DNA of 63,761 nt, the filler included, from Rhabdomonas costata (lineage: Eukaryota), in NCBI GenBank assembly GCA_019059605.1. It is 38 parts of 38 records of this genome, joined end to end, with 100 filler letters (N's around TTAATTAATTAA, not from the genome) between each part and the next. Parts side by side here need not be neighbours in the genome. Positions count along the whole stretch, not along the records: positions 1 to 1,582 come from JAHMHO010012633.1; positions 1,683 to 3,259 come from JAHMHO010012634.1; positions 3,360 to 4,941 come from JAHMHO010012635.1; positions 5,042 to 6,623 come from JAHMHO010012636.1; positions 6,724 to 8,303 come from JAHMHO010012637.1; positions 8,404 to 9,985 come from JAHMHO010012638.1; positions 10,086 to 11,667 come from JAHMHO010012639.1; positions 11,768 to 13,349 come from JAHMHO010012640.1; 30 more parts are not named here. One strand, written 5' to 3'. Shown piece by piece: positions 1 to 12,700 of this stretch (its first letter is position 1; every line of letters starts with the position of its first letter). The translations under genes and the position numbers were made by a program. The notes under the pieces are model-generated. The model saw only the letters and a list, made by a program, of their open reading frames with translations. It had not been told where the DNA came from and ran no database searches.

Positions 1-929
1 TTGTTGGTGTGTTTGGGGGTGTGAGGAACACCTTATTGACTGGGATTTACCGTTACAATGGGAGGCGTCTTCCTTACCGCGGTTCTTGTTCCGAAACGAA
101 CCGACTTAGGATCGTACATGAGACAAATGTGACGGCCCAGATCAGGTGTGTGTGAAAAAAGAGAGAAAAGTCAGGGAGGTGTGGAGACGGGTCGGCAGTC
201 CTTTGAAACCACCGGGACTTCAAGTGGCCAGGCAGGGCCAGGACCACCATAGATATTGGTACCGCTACAGGTGGAAGGTTGGATGTTACTCCCACGCCTC
301 AAACCTACAATGCTACTCCAACCCTACAACATACGTACGTGTACAGCTACTAATAGGATAACGTTGCTCCTACGTTGGCATCCACACACATAGGTTGCGT
401 TGTAGTTTCTACTTGTGACAGAGGGCCATGTGAAGTGTGCCAACCTGTGGTTTCGGTCAACGGCTCACCCGCTGTGTCGCAGCATCACATCAGCACCGGC
501 ACTTGACCAACCTGTGGCGTTCATGTATAACCTTAGTTCTACTGTTCCCGGCGGCCTCCCACGAAGTACTCCACATTCCATTTCCTTGTTTCCTACGTGA
601 GATCTCAGCTTGTCGTGTTGGTGTCGTTATTCTAGGTCGTAGCTGAAGCGGGTAGTGCCTCATTGCTCGGTCTCACAGTCCTCCTAGGTCACCTATCCAC
701 ACGTCTCCATCCACGCCCGTCGCCAACCCCGAACAAAGTGCCAGAACCCTGAATCCCTGGAAAGGCCACACCACAAGAGAAGCCGGTGAAATGGGAAAGT
801 GCAATCGGCATGGTTGGCTAAGAAGCGTTTCCGCACAGCACAAAGAGATACACACACAGCACCGCCTACGAACCGTAAACCCAAGACGCGAACCCATGAA
901 CCCTCGACTCGGAGACACAAACACACCCT

Positions 930-1582
930 ACGACTCAGCTTGACATCGCGAACCCCACTGACCTCCTGACCATCACGCTCAAACCCTCAGACCTTCCACG
1001 AAATCCTGAACCCTCACACCCACAGACCCGCTGACACCAACATCCCAAGAATGCCTGAACCCACCACACCATCCTGACCCTACGAAGCATGAAACCTGAC
1101 ACCGTAACCCCTGACACCCCTAGACCCAACGACCCAACAACACGAATCCCAACACAACCCCTCACACCAAGCGCCAACATGAGACCGTGACACAGCCCTA
1201 ACCACACACACACACCCTTCGCCTCAACACAACAAGCCCTCATCCTACGCACAACAACAATAACAGTAACGGTAACGCTAAGCACTAACAGTAACAGTAA
1301 CACTACGCGAAACACTAACAGTAACAGAAACACTAAGAATAAGAAGACTACCGTACCCTACTACTATGAGAAGAACACGCACACGCGTGTGGAACCCAAG
1401 GCACACACTACGAAGAGAACCAGAGAGCATGGTTGAGGCATGGTTGACACACGGCATGGTTGACGGACACAGAGAGCATGGTTGCTACAGACCCCTGAAC
1501 TGACACTACGACCCACTTCGACACCAACACCAACACACACTAAGAATACACACACGATACCTGAATGCCTGGATACTAACTT
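930..1582 (+). repeat. A/C-skewed low-complexity repeat arm carrying AGAGAGCATGGTT motifs (family shared with contig 5042-6623)
   Basis: Strong A/C skew and (AACAGT)-like microrepeats. GCATGGTT core occurs 4 times in 1422-1483. 1371-1432 aligns with the reverse complement of 5097-5160. Confidence 0.7.
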
Positions 1583-1682
1583 NNNNNNNNNNNNNNNNNN
1601 NNNNNNNNNNNNNNNNNNNNNNNNNNTTAATTAATTAANNNNNNNNNNNNNNNNNNNNNNNNNNNNNNNNNNNNNNNNNNNN
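1583..1682. other. Artificial contig-joining linker (first of 37)
   Basis: 44 N + TTAATTAATTAA + 44 N. Identical 100-nt linkers start at 1583, 3260, 4942, 6624, 8304, 9986, 11668, 13350, 15030, 16711, 18392, 20060, 21740, 23421, 25102, 26783, 28463, 30132, 31813, 33487, 35168, 36849, 38529, 40213, 41894, 43574, 45254, 46941, 48621, 50301, 51981, 53686, 55366, 57046, 58722, 60402 and 62082. Confidence 0.99.
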
Positions 1683-2931
1683 GTGTTGTTGTATTGCGTC
1701 ACCGCGATGTTTCGCCCCCCACATCACAATGGACAAGGAAGCGAACCTCAGCTTATTCAAACACAACCCAAAGGAGCGCAGATTTCCTTTCTCGCAGGTT
1801 CGCTTCCTTGTCCATTGTGATGTGGGGGGCGAAACATCGCGGTGACGCAATGCAACATAGGCCACACAAGACCAAGCAAAAACCTCAAAGCCGCATATGC
1901 AAACAGGGTGAATCGCTTCCAGGGTTGAATGGGATCACCCAAGTGAACATGCACTTACTGAACTGTACCGTCCAGAACGTCCATCGAAGACGTCGTCACC
2001 GCCATGCCCCCAAGATATCAAGTTCAAAAAACATCACAGCAAGGTCAACAGGCCAGATGCCACGACTATTCAACATGCTGCTTTGCGCCCGCGCACACAC
2101 ACAATAAGTTGCCGAACACATGTAACCATGCAACATTCGTTGTGAGAAACACGTAGTGGAACAAATGCGTCGCGCCTATGCAAATAGCTTCCAGCCTTCA
2201 CGGCGGCTTCCGTCGGCCTCGGGTGGAGAGTCATATGACGTCATCGTGACTACCGGCCACGAAGTTACACGCTCTGGCTACTCCCACCTGCGAACCACGA
2301 GAACATGCAAGCAAATATCTTGCTCCGCGGAGGACAACCCGGAACTCACGACTCGTTCATCCTTGCTCCGTAAAAGGTGATCAAGGTGTGGCCCAGCAGC
2401 AAACATCAGCGGCAGCTATTGCTTGCCTGCTGTAACGTGGACCATTATAATTTGGGTGTTAGAACATAGCAGGCGTTAGTGGAATGATGCAATTTGGCAG
2501 TCGACGAGTGGACTGGTTTATTTTAGGAGTGCAAGGCAGCGCCGCGGAGATCTACAATGCGGACGAAGGGGTGCGTTGTCGATTATAATTAGAGGTGGCG
2601 TTTCAAAACGATTCTTTTGCTGTGATGTATATATATCACACGCAGGTCATATGAGGAAGTCCCCCCCATAGAAAAGACGATAGCTCTGGCCATAGAGTAA
2701 GTGAAAAAGCAAGCAAAAAGCAGTCAGTACCAAAGGGAGCACCAGAACTCACCAGCGTGGCAGAAGGAGAGTGCAAGGTCTTGTCACGAAAGTTCTCGAC
2801 CTGTGCGCGGAGGAGTCAGACCAAGGACGTAAAGCCCTTGCAATCCCGAAAAGGTCACGTTTGAGACAGTGTCCCGCCCAACCGCTCCCCGTCAATAAAT
2901 GTTGTCGGTGTCAATTGGGTTGGAATCAAAC

Positions 2932-2992
2932 AATTGACTCCGGGGTTGTATCACAATGTTATAATTGACTCCGGGGTTGTATCACAATATTA
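2932..2992. repeat. Tandem duplication of about 31 bp
   Basis: AATTGACTCCGGGGTTGTATCACAAT occurs twice in tandem. Confidence 0.9.
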
Positions 2993-4845
2993 GAATATGT
3001 CAGTCTGGTAGTTGGACGGTATATTCCCGCTTCTAGCGAAAAAAGCAGGCACAGATGCTCAACCAAAGGACACTGACGACTTCAATGTAGGGGATTTAGC
3101 GAGTTAAATATACGGATTATACGGAGTAATTGCAAAGTATACGCCACCAAAAGGGGGCAGAGCCATGGAAAAAGCACCTGCCGCAGCTTTTCAAAGTAGC
3201 CCAGCCTCATGTTCGCAAAGTTCAGGGCCCTGTTTTCGCGACACTGCACACCAAAACCCNNNNNNNNNNNNNNNNNNNNNNNNNNNNNNNNNNNNNNNNN
3301 NNNTTAATTAATTAANNNNNNNNNNNNNNNNNNNNNNNNNNNNNNNNNNNNNNNNNNNNTTTTGGGAGAAGCCCGCGCAGACGCTCGAGGCTAAACTCAG
3401 CGGGGATGATGCCAAGCGCTTGGCACAGCGCAGGCACTGGCACCGCGAAAACCCTGAGGAGCGAGAGAGGTACAAAGGGTGATGTGGCCAGAGCAACGAG
3501 CCGCCTCCACCAACCCCATCCCGCCTGCAGGTTGCGGGGATGCCACACACAACCCAAGCCAGCACACTGGTGACTGATGATCGAGGTTTTGGTCCCCTTC
3601 CGTTGGTTTGGTGGCCGGGTTCGGGACATCAGCGAATTAGAATGGTCGCCGACATATCCACCGTTTTTACGGTCCCATGCATTGAGGGGGGGGGGTCAGT
3701 GTTACGCTATTATTCGGTTTGACGTTGTTAAACGGTGCGTTGCAATTTTGGACGTTTTGGACGCATTGGGGTGCCTTTCCTTTTCCGGTGAGTTAGAGGC
3801 TGACTTCGGTGAACCCAGGAACGCCCAGGAACGGCCATAAACGGTTCCTAGGAGATGCCACACAAAAGGGAATGAGTTATTGAAGTGGCGAAGGCCAGCG
3901 CCGCGGAGGCGAGCCCGCGGCGCGGCTTCGGCTGAGGAGGGAAAGTTGCCTGGGGGACCGGGTGAGTTTTCGTAGTAATGCGCCCTGAAAGGGACATATT
4001 TGGGTGGTTTTCTGGTGGCGGAGCGTAGCTTTGAACGTTATCATTTAACGTTATCATTCCGAAAGCGAGCGGTAAAGGAAAACCCTCGACTGAAAAGGCA
4101 GGCACTAAACACGTTGCATACTGGCTGCCGTTGGACTGAGCCACAAAGGCCGTCGCAGCGGAGGCTGTGAGCAAACCACGGCACACTTGGAACCTCAACT
4201 CACTCATCACGAGCATCGAAGTGTGACGAAAACATCTCTAATAACATTGAAACCATTTCAACACCGGCCGATTGATCCCGTCTAACAGCGCCAACTTCCC
4301 ATATATTTAGACATCCCCCCCCCGGCCCTACTACGTAACCGGCAAAAAAACACAGAAGGACGCAATCCACGACGCTGCATTCCTTTCTTGTCACGAAAAA
4401 ATGGCAGATGTATCCCTCACAATATGAGAAACGTGCTGGCTGACTGCTTGCATTTGTGGGGAACCTGAGAGTCTGGGTTGAAGCACAATCCCGGTGCGGG
4501 AATTCCCGGGCAAGGGATGAGGCGAATCGCTCATAGTGCCTGAGCAATAAGCAAGTAATCACAGGCAATGATGGGATAGTTAAGCAGGATCAGAAAACGA
4601 GAAGGAAAGTGCTCAGAATAAGCCTAAGAAAGAAAAGTTTGAGAAAAGAGAGTAGTAACCGCACACTGCGCCCAATGCGTAGATTTCCTGGGGGAAATGG
4701 TCGGCATTGTATTTATTTATCTGCCCGCCCATACGGAAGCGGCGACCGCTTCCAAGCTACATACATTCAGACGACGACCTACGGAAACGGAACGTGATGC
4801 ACAAACATGTGCAACACAGACGGGAGCGAGAGTCTTCCCATTTTT

Positions 4846-4918
4846 GATAGTGGTGGGGTTGAACTTCTAACGCCATGGGTGCTGGCAGAGTTAACCTAAC
4901 CACTCGGAAAAGCTCAGC
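4846..4918 (-). pseudogene. Possible decayed tRNA-derived element or SINE head
   Basis: Minus strand has an A-box-like TCCGAGTGGTTAGG and a B-box-like AGTTCAACCCC at tRNA-like spacing. The cloverleaf is not intact. Confidence 0.25.
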
Positions 4919-5041
4919 GCAAATACCTAAACCACCACACCNNNNNNNNNNNNNNNNNNNNNNNNNNNNNNNNNNNNNNNNNNNNTTAATTAATTAANNN
5001 NNNNNNNNNNNNNNNNNNNNNNNNNNNNNNNNNNNNNNNNN

Positions 5042-6623
5042 GGTGTTTGTTATTATAGGAACCGGGCGTAAGGGGCGAAAGGGGAGGGAGAAGGCGCCAT
5101 GCTCTCTGGTTCTGTTCGTAGTGTGTGTGTGCCCTTGGTTTCCTTACGCGTGCGTGTCTTATTATATTATATATGTATGGTATGGTGTGTGTATAGCTAT
5201 AGGTGTAGGTTATGCTGTAGGTCTAGGGTTATGCTGTAGGTGTTGCGTTATGCTGTAGTTGTTGGTGTTGGCTGTGGTGGTAGCGTTGGTTGTGTTGGTC
5301 GCAGCGTTGGTTGTCGTAGGTCATGGTGTCGTAGGTCATGGTGTTGGCGTTGGCGTTGGTTGTGTCAGTGGGTCCATGGTGTGATGGTCGAGGCGTTGTT
5401 GGTGTCGTTGATGGTGTGTGCTGGGTCTGGTGGTTGATGGTGTGTGCTGTGCTTGCTGTAGGCTTCTGTAACCATGCTCTCTCTCTCTCTCTCTCAACCT
5501 TGCTCACTCTCAACCTTGCTCTCTGTTTCCGTCTCTGCTTTTAGCGTAGTTGTGTGCATCCTGTGTTTGTGTCTCTAGCGCTTCCTGTAGTGGTTGTATG
5601 TGGATGTTGCTGCTGCTATTGTGTCATCGTGTCCAGTGCTTCGTTAGTGCTTTGCGTTACAACCATGCTCACTCTGTCTCTGTTTCAAGGCCTTCATGTT
5701 GTAGTGCTATACCTTGGTGGGTCGAGGACCAAAGCCACAGGAAGAGATACAGGTAAAGGTGAAGGCACGAAGGGCATGTCGAGGTACGAGGCATGACCGG
5801 AGTAGAGGGTTCGGCACCGCAGGTAGAAGAGGAAGGATGATACCTGGTAGGAATGTACACCTTTACTCCTACGCTCAACCCAACAGCCCTCAACCTCCGA
5901 TACACCAACATCCTCAACTTGGGAACACAGAAGCACTCAAGAAGCACTGGAAACACCAACATCATCAGCAACGCAACTCAGGGCCCCAGAAATCCACGCA
6001 CTCCGACAACCACCAGCAGAAACAACAAGCACAGGACAAGCACTGGAAACAGAAGGCGTAGAAACAGACACCGTAAGACAGGAAGGCCTTGAGACAGGAA
6101 CAGGAACAGAAGGCATCGACACAGAAGGCATAGAGACAGCAGGAACCAGCACACTAAGCTTGACATCAGCAACATCCACCAACTCCCTCACACCAGCAGC
6201 AGGAACCCCAACACACAACCCCTCTACAGGAGGCAGAACCAGCATCAGCAACAGGGACCGTAGAAACAGAGACCGTAGAAACAGAGACCGTAACAGCAAG
6301 CACCAGGAACAATCACACTGCTAGCCCCAACATCACACCCTATGCACCAACCTACCAACACTACAGAAGGAACAGAGACAGGAACAGAGGGAGCATGGTT
6401 ACGAAGCAAGAGAGCATGGTTGCAGAGAGCATGGTTGAGACAGAGAGCGAAATGCACACAGAAGCACCAACAGGAAGCACGACAGAAGCAGAGACAGGGA
6501 CACCAACACCAGCCAACCACCCAACGCTAGAACCAACGCAAGCACCAACATCCAACGCAACAACTCCAACCACACCACAAACCGCTACAGCATCAGCACC
6601 AACGACTCCACGACACGCTACGA
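5042..6623. repeat. Degenerate foldback-like repeat: G/T-rich left arm, short core, A/C-rich right arm
   Basis: Skew flips around 5720-5870. (AA)CCATGCTC at 5097, 5470 and 5661 faces its reverse complement GAGCATGGTT at about 6391, 6412 and 6427. Confidence 0.6.
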
Positions 6624-8403
6624 NNNNNNNNNNNNNNNNNNNNNNNNNNNNNNNNNNNNNNNNNNNNTTAATTAATTAANNNNNNNNNNNNNNNNNNNNN
6701 NNNNNNNNNNNNNNNNNNNNNNNAACACCTTGGGAGAGAATGGTGTGTGTGTGTGTTATTTGTGCAGTTTCAGTACGGTATCAGTCAATCAGAATTTGAT
6801 TGTGTGGGTGCGCGATTGGGTGGACACCTCAATCCATTGGTGGGTCGCCCCAATTCGCTGTCGCTCCCTTTTGCTGTCCCTCAATGAGTTTTCTGGAGTG
6901 ACTCACCCTTTGTACTCTTTCGCGTCCGCACTGAGAAAAGGCACTCGCCCTTTGGAATATCGTATCAATTCTTTTCCTGTGTGCGAGACCCACACCTGGG
7001 GATGCCTTGACTTTCCTTGCAGTGCTGCGTGATGAAACTGACGAGTCGTGGAAGAGAACCATAAAGGGACGCCACGTAAATTGAATCCCTGGAACCCACC
7101 AGGATCGGACCAGGACAGTCTCATTCGTCAGGCGATGCAGACGTGGAGTGCCTGGCAATTTGTAAGTATTTCGAAGGGTGTGGATGGACTGGATCGAGCG
7201 GAGGTTCAAAGAGGGAGGATGAAGCCCGTATCTGTGTGTTGAGTTGGCGGTAATCGGACCGATGAGATACCGGTCACGCAGAGGTTCCGTCCTTCTCGGA
7301 CGCCTGAAGGAAGAGGGCGAGCTCCACCTTGAAAATAGCTTGCTCTGCGGTTGATCAATAGGGCCACCATGCCGAAACTCATACGTGTTGTCTTTGTATA
7401 CGGTTCGGTATGCAACTGCGACTCCGCGCGCTGCTCAACCGCAACTTGCTAAGCCAATTCAACCCAATCCAATCCACTTACTGAAAGAAACCCCACATTG
7501 GCCGCCCCTTTCGGGCAATCTGCTATAAGCTTCTGCTCATCCGACCCGCCCATATTAAGGGGGGATGGGGTCCACCTCAGTAACCTAACCCCCTTTGGTT
7601 TGGGGTTAACAGTCCCCAATGACGCAACATGGGCATAAGGCCCCCAAAAAGCAAGCTCCCCTTCCTTGAAGAAGCAATGGGCCTAGTGGGGTTGCCATAG
7701 CGATTCTAAAACCTCACTTTCATACTTTTCAATGGCAAATATTGCCCGTACCAAAGGCAGAGGTGAATGACAGTGTCACCAATGAGTGACGATTTTGATC
7801 CCTTACCCCAGACAGGAACAGGTTTTTCGTTTTGACATTGGACGGGCCATGCGTTTTACTGCTCACTGTTTTCTCTGCAGAACTCTGTGTCTTCTGCGAC
7901 GGTTTGGCTGGTGTTCTGACTGAAATGGAGGTCAGATATATCCGTGACCCGTACTCCATCGAAGGTGCGCTGTTCTGATCTGTGTCTTCTGTGACTTTCC
8001 TGGTTAAAGCGAGGGTCGTCAGTCGGTGCAGTGGTATTTGGTGCCTTTTTTTCTTCTAGGATCTTTCCTCTTGTGCACTGATAATTTCGGGGGGAGGTGG
8101 GGCGCTTTCTTTTCAGGCTACCGATTCGTGATGTGCAGAGCTGCTGACCCGCGGTGTGTGTTTTGTTGGGGAGAAAGATGGAGGGGTTCGTGGGACCCTT
8201 TTCGCAACTTTCGGGTCTGACTCATGGATCAGCTCTGTAACGCAAGAGTTCCACCACAACCAAATTGATTACTGAAAAAAGAAGAACTCTCAGCAGGTTA
8301 AAANNNNNNNNNNNNNNNNNNNNNNNNNNNNNNNNNNNNNNNNNNNNTTAATTAATTAANNNNNNNNNNNNNNNNNNNNNNNNNNNNNNNNNNNNNNNNN
8401 NNN

Positions 8404-8800
8404 TGTGGGGGTGGGGGTCCATGGAGCAGCTGTGGACCTTCTGCCCGTTGTTCAGCAGCACGTAGTGCTCCGCCACCGCGGCCATGCTACAGAACGGGCA
8501 CTGCATCGGGGACAGCGAGGTCAGCGTGGTTCCCATTGGGGTGGCGGTGTAGCTCACGGAGGGGTCTTGGTAGTCCATGGGGTGGTCTTGGAATCGCTGG
8601 GCATGAAACACGCTGCAAGCGTAGACGCTCTGATTGGTTCTCGGTCCCGAGGCTGTCGTCTGCACGGGGAACCCCGTGGAGACGTTGACTGCCATACCGC
8701 ATACGGGGCACGAGAAGGACTGTGCCAAGCCATTGCCCAAGCAAAGAAGTAGGAGAACGGAGAGTAGGAGAGTGAGATGCGTTCGCCCCATCGGCACCAT
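8404..8800 (-). CDS. Secreted or membrane protein with tandem YHS/TRASH-like metal-binding repeats (3' truncated)
   Basis: Signal peptide MGRTHLTLLLSVLLLLCLGNGLA. Repeat 1 is CPVCGM...VYACSVFHAQRFQDHPMDY and repeat 2 is CPFCSM...GQKVHSCS, matching the YHS pattern xPVCGM...Y.CS..x...F...P..Y. Confidence 0.7.
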
Positions 8801-9670
8801 CGCACACTCACAAAAAACTTCTGAAAACTTGGCGACAAAGACGAGATCGAACATGATTTGTTGCGGGCATCCGAGTTTTGGGCTGTGCATCGCATGCTGT
8901 TCCGTTTATCCACCCCAAATCAAAAGATCACAAACGAACCGGGTAGGTGGTAAATTTCTATTGTTCTGGAGACTGTTCAGCTGCTTTTATTCTCCGCGAT
9001 TCCAATCTCACCACTCGTCGCGCGAGAAGCGCCAGGGGACGTGAGCTGCTGTGTACTCCATCAAGTTTTTTAAGCATCGAACTTTTTTCACTTTTTTCAA
9101 AAAGCGAAAGACTCCCGAAGACAGCCTTCTTGTCAGGCGCAGCAGCACGTTTGCCGTTGTGCACCCTTAGAAGGTTGAGACAATGCATCCACAGTCCTAT
9201 TTAAGCAATGGTACCCCAAATTCCATTCCAGCAAGTAAAAACGTCAAGGTCCAGCTCCTTTTCTTTTCGCGCAGCAGCTTTGAAGACCTGGACGATTTTA
9301 TGGGAAGCACACCAGCGATGAACCCTTCAGAAATTGACCCTGAAGTCCTAAAACATGACTTTCGCGCATTTGATCGCATTTTGGGTTCCGGACAGGGAAG
9401 TTGGGGTAAAGACTGAACAGTAAGAATGGTGGTTCCGTCGGATTAAGAGGCAGCCAACTGCCCCACTTCGTCCGTGTACTTTGAGCTTCCAGTTCAAGGA
9501 ATTGTTTTCACGTGGTGAGAAGGGCGAGGGGAGGGGAGTTGAAGCACGTCAGGAGCCGTTATAATGAAACACAGAGCTCGCACACCTCATCAAGAACGTC
9601 ACAAAACAACGGAGAGAAGTGCTTTGACCGAATTCCACAGAAAGACCAGCGAAAGAGAAGGGAATGAAAC

Positions 9671-9798
9671 GAGGCACGCAAAGAGACCGCAGTGTTTGGG
9701 GTGGGAGGGGAGAACGAAAGAGAAGCATGATCAGAGGCACGCAGAGAGACCGCAGTGTTTGGGGTGGGAGGGGTGAACGAAAGAGAAGCACGATCAGA
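9671..9798. repeat. Tandem duplication, unit about 63 bp, 2 copies
   Basis: GAGGCACGCARAGAGACCGCAGTGTTTGGGGTGGGAGGGG...AGAGAAGCAYGATCA occurs twice. Confidence 0.9.
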
Positions 9799-12700
9799 AG
9801 GTTGGCAGGAAACTTGTTTTTCAATTCACGAAGTTGAACAAATATCCCTAACTTCGATGGATAAAAAGCCCCCCCTTCTAAGCGGCGGCCAACAGCGAGA
9901 CAGCAACCGGGACTTAAACTTCCCGCAGCAGGACCCGTGCAGTCCAAAAACTCCACCCCCAACCGTCTTTTGCCTCACACCACCCNNNNNNNNNNNNNNN
10001 NNNNNNNNNNNNNNNNNNNNNNNNNNNNNTTAATTAATTAANNNNNNNNNNNNNNNNNNNNNNNNNNNNNNNNNNNNNNNNNNNNGGGGGTGGGGTTGTT
10101 CGCCAGTGAGGCCGAGCAAGTTGAGGATGGCCGGGGCTTCTCCTGAGACGCCAGTGCAGCGCTCTTGTAACTGTGCAGTGGCAGCCCAGAGGCCAAGAAG
10201 GCACTCACCTGAGCAACCGCAACAAAGAGTGTGTGAGTGGCACAAACAGCGAAATGCTTCCGTTGTGGCCGCCTCTGCATCTCAAACACAGCGGTGCCGA
10301 GGCTTTGACTTGGAAATGAGTCTGGGGGTAGACCCTTTCAGTCTTGCTCTTTCGAAGACGATTATCACCCGAATAACGTTAGCCTCCTCCCGGGGTTACA
10401 ACTACTCTTAATTAACGGCGGGGGTGGGGGTTAAGTAGAGGTACGCCGGGGAATCTTACTTTTACCCAAAGAGGGTCAAGTAAACTTTGTCAGCGCGATG
10501 GAAATATTATATTTAACTGGCTTTGTGCAGCGCAAATACATTGGCGCAAAGAGGTCGAGGCAGTCCCTCCATAAAAACGCTGTGTCGCGTGCGGAAGGTG
10601 GGTCCATACGCTGTCCTGGTACGAGAGACAATCCAGCAGAATCAGCAGCTGGTCCCGGTCCAGCATGGAGAGCTGGTGCCGCACATCCACAGTGAGGTTG
10701 CTGTGCAAAGTCTTGCCCACCTTTGCTGCCAGCCAACCAAATCCAATAAAATGAATAATGCCCACACCGACCTCCCAAAAAAAGTTCGAGTGTGGAGGCG
10801 CCGTGTGGATCAACAAAAATGGTTCAGATCAGCCATCCAGGTGGCCTGGTTCTGCATGACTCGAGCTACATTCTCACTCTGCTCCTGCATTGCCCTCCTC
10901 CCGGCAACACTTCTTCCATGACCACACCTACATTGTCCTCAGCTTCACTGTTCATAGTTCGCTGTTCTTAGCCCTTTGCATGGATGGGCCTTTTGCCCTG
11001 GGGTGGGGTGGGGAACAACGTCATTTCTCTCGGTTACCGTTACGGCACTTCAGTGCCAGGCGTGGGGATCCTTCCGCCAGCAAATATCTGTGTGCCCGCT
11101 GACAAACTTACCGCCGTGCGGCGGTGTGTACTGAGAGAAGGAAGCTGCACCACTAAGCAACGGCTGTACAACCAGACAGAGATGCTCCACGGCTCAGCTA
11201 CTCCGCGAAAAACTCAGGCGCACAGGGCACAAGTGAATTTCCAAGGCTGCGACAGAAGTGGGCAACAGAAGAGGACACGCTCACAATAACCCAGAAGCAA
11301 GGCGTCCGCAAGGGAGCTCGTCTTCAGCCGAACCTCGTGCAGAGTGCGGAGGTACTCCTTCGTCTCACTGTGTGGGGACGAAGTTAACAGTAAAAGGAGA
11401 CGAAGATGGACAGGAAACAGAGAGGTATTAAGGTTCTTAGTTTATTGGAATGAAATAGTTCCAGTTCCACGCTCGAAGGGATGCCCGGGCAAGTGGAGAG
11501 TGGAGAGAAGCGAGGTCCAGATGGCAGCAGGGACAGAGAAGGGTAACCACGCCCGACCACCAGGAAAGCGGGTCTAAGCCCGTAGTGGGATGGAGGACCC
11601 AAACCCAGCAGGGCAATAGCGCCCAAAAAGAAGTGTACGAGCGCGGAAGGTTGGGTACACCCCAACANNNNNNNNNNNNNNNNNNNNNNNNNNNNNNNNN
11701 NNNNNNNNNNNTTAATTAATTAANNNNNNNNNNNNNNNNNNNNNNNNNNNNNNNNNNNNNNNNNNNNGGGGTTTGTTCTCCTTTTTTATTGTGCTCGTAA
11801 AAAGAAAGGTATAAAAAACAGCAAAAACATAATAAGATAAAAACATGGTTGCCGGGAAACGTAAAAACAGATCCTATAAAAATCGCAGGAATTTTTTTTA
11901 GGCTACCAGAGATGAATTCGTAAGAATTGAGAATTTTTGTCCCCCGTGACGCGGTATGGCCTCAAGGGTCCAAAAGGGTCAGGAACATCTTGAAAACTCC
12001 TCATCATACTCACCGTACATAAGAGATCGAAGCCGCAGTAGGCCGGGGTCTTTTGTATGCACAAACGTGGCCCTTGTTGCGATTAAATCAGTGCCCTCCC
12101 ACCATGGCATTACGTTACCGCATTTCTGTGCTTTCTAGCTTGTTTGTGTGGCCCCAACTCGCCCCTCACCTTCAAAAGTATTCAAGACTCAAGCGTACTG
12201 GGCCGGCCCGACCTGAGTATAGAAGGAACGCACTGAACGCAGCACTGTGGACGGATGGGCAGGACGCACTGCCAGACTCACTGACGGTATGGATGCGGGA
12301 TTGGGCCAGTCCTTCTCAGTCCCACCTACCCTTTCATTTTGCACACCTCTTTGGGCCACTGTTAGGGAGCATATTTCCGTTGCGCCTGCTCAGGGGAGTC
12401 CCAGAGAAGGGTCCGCAGTGTGGAGCCCACCGCCCCTAAAAGGTAGCTGCGTGAAGGCGCTGTTTTCCTTTGATCTGCGTGCGATTTGTAGACCTCTGGA
12501 TTCGAAAGATAAACCGTTCTGGTTACCAAAAAACCTTCTAGGAAGGCACCCTGTTTTTGTGCAATCGTGGATCTCTCTGGTGGCAGATTCCTTGAGCCAT
12601 TTCCCGGTATGATTCTACCTCCTTCCGGATTGAGCCATCCTTCAAAGTGAATTTGAATGCATCCCCTCCTGTGAGGTCTTGCCTCTGGGCCTGTGGTGCA

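Noticed and set aside
1693-1851. Perfect inverted repeat of about 55 bp at a contig start
   Set aside because: It abuts a primer-like end and similar terminal foldbacks occur in several contigs, as expected for WGA template-switch chimeras.
5700-5880. Possible mitochondrial gene module (cytochrome b-like FLFY...VPN) in the core of the foldback contig
   Set aside because: It needs frameshifts and lacks the PEWY motif; it is likely a chance resemblance.
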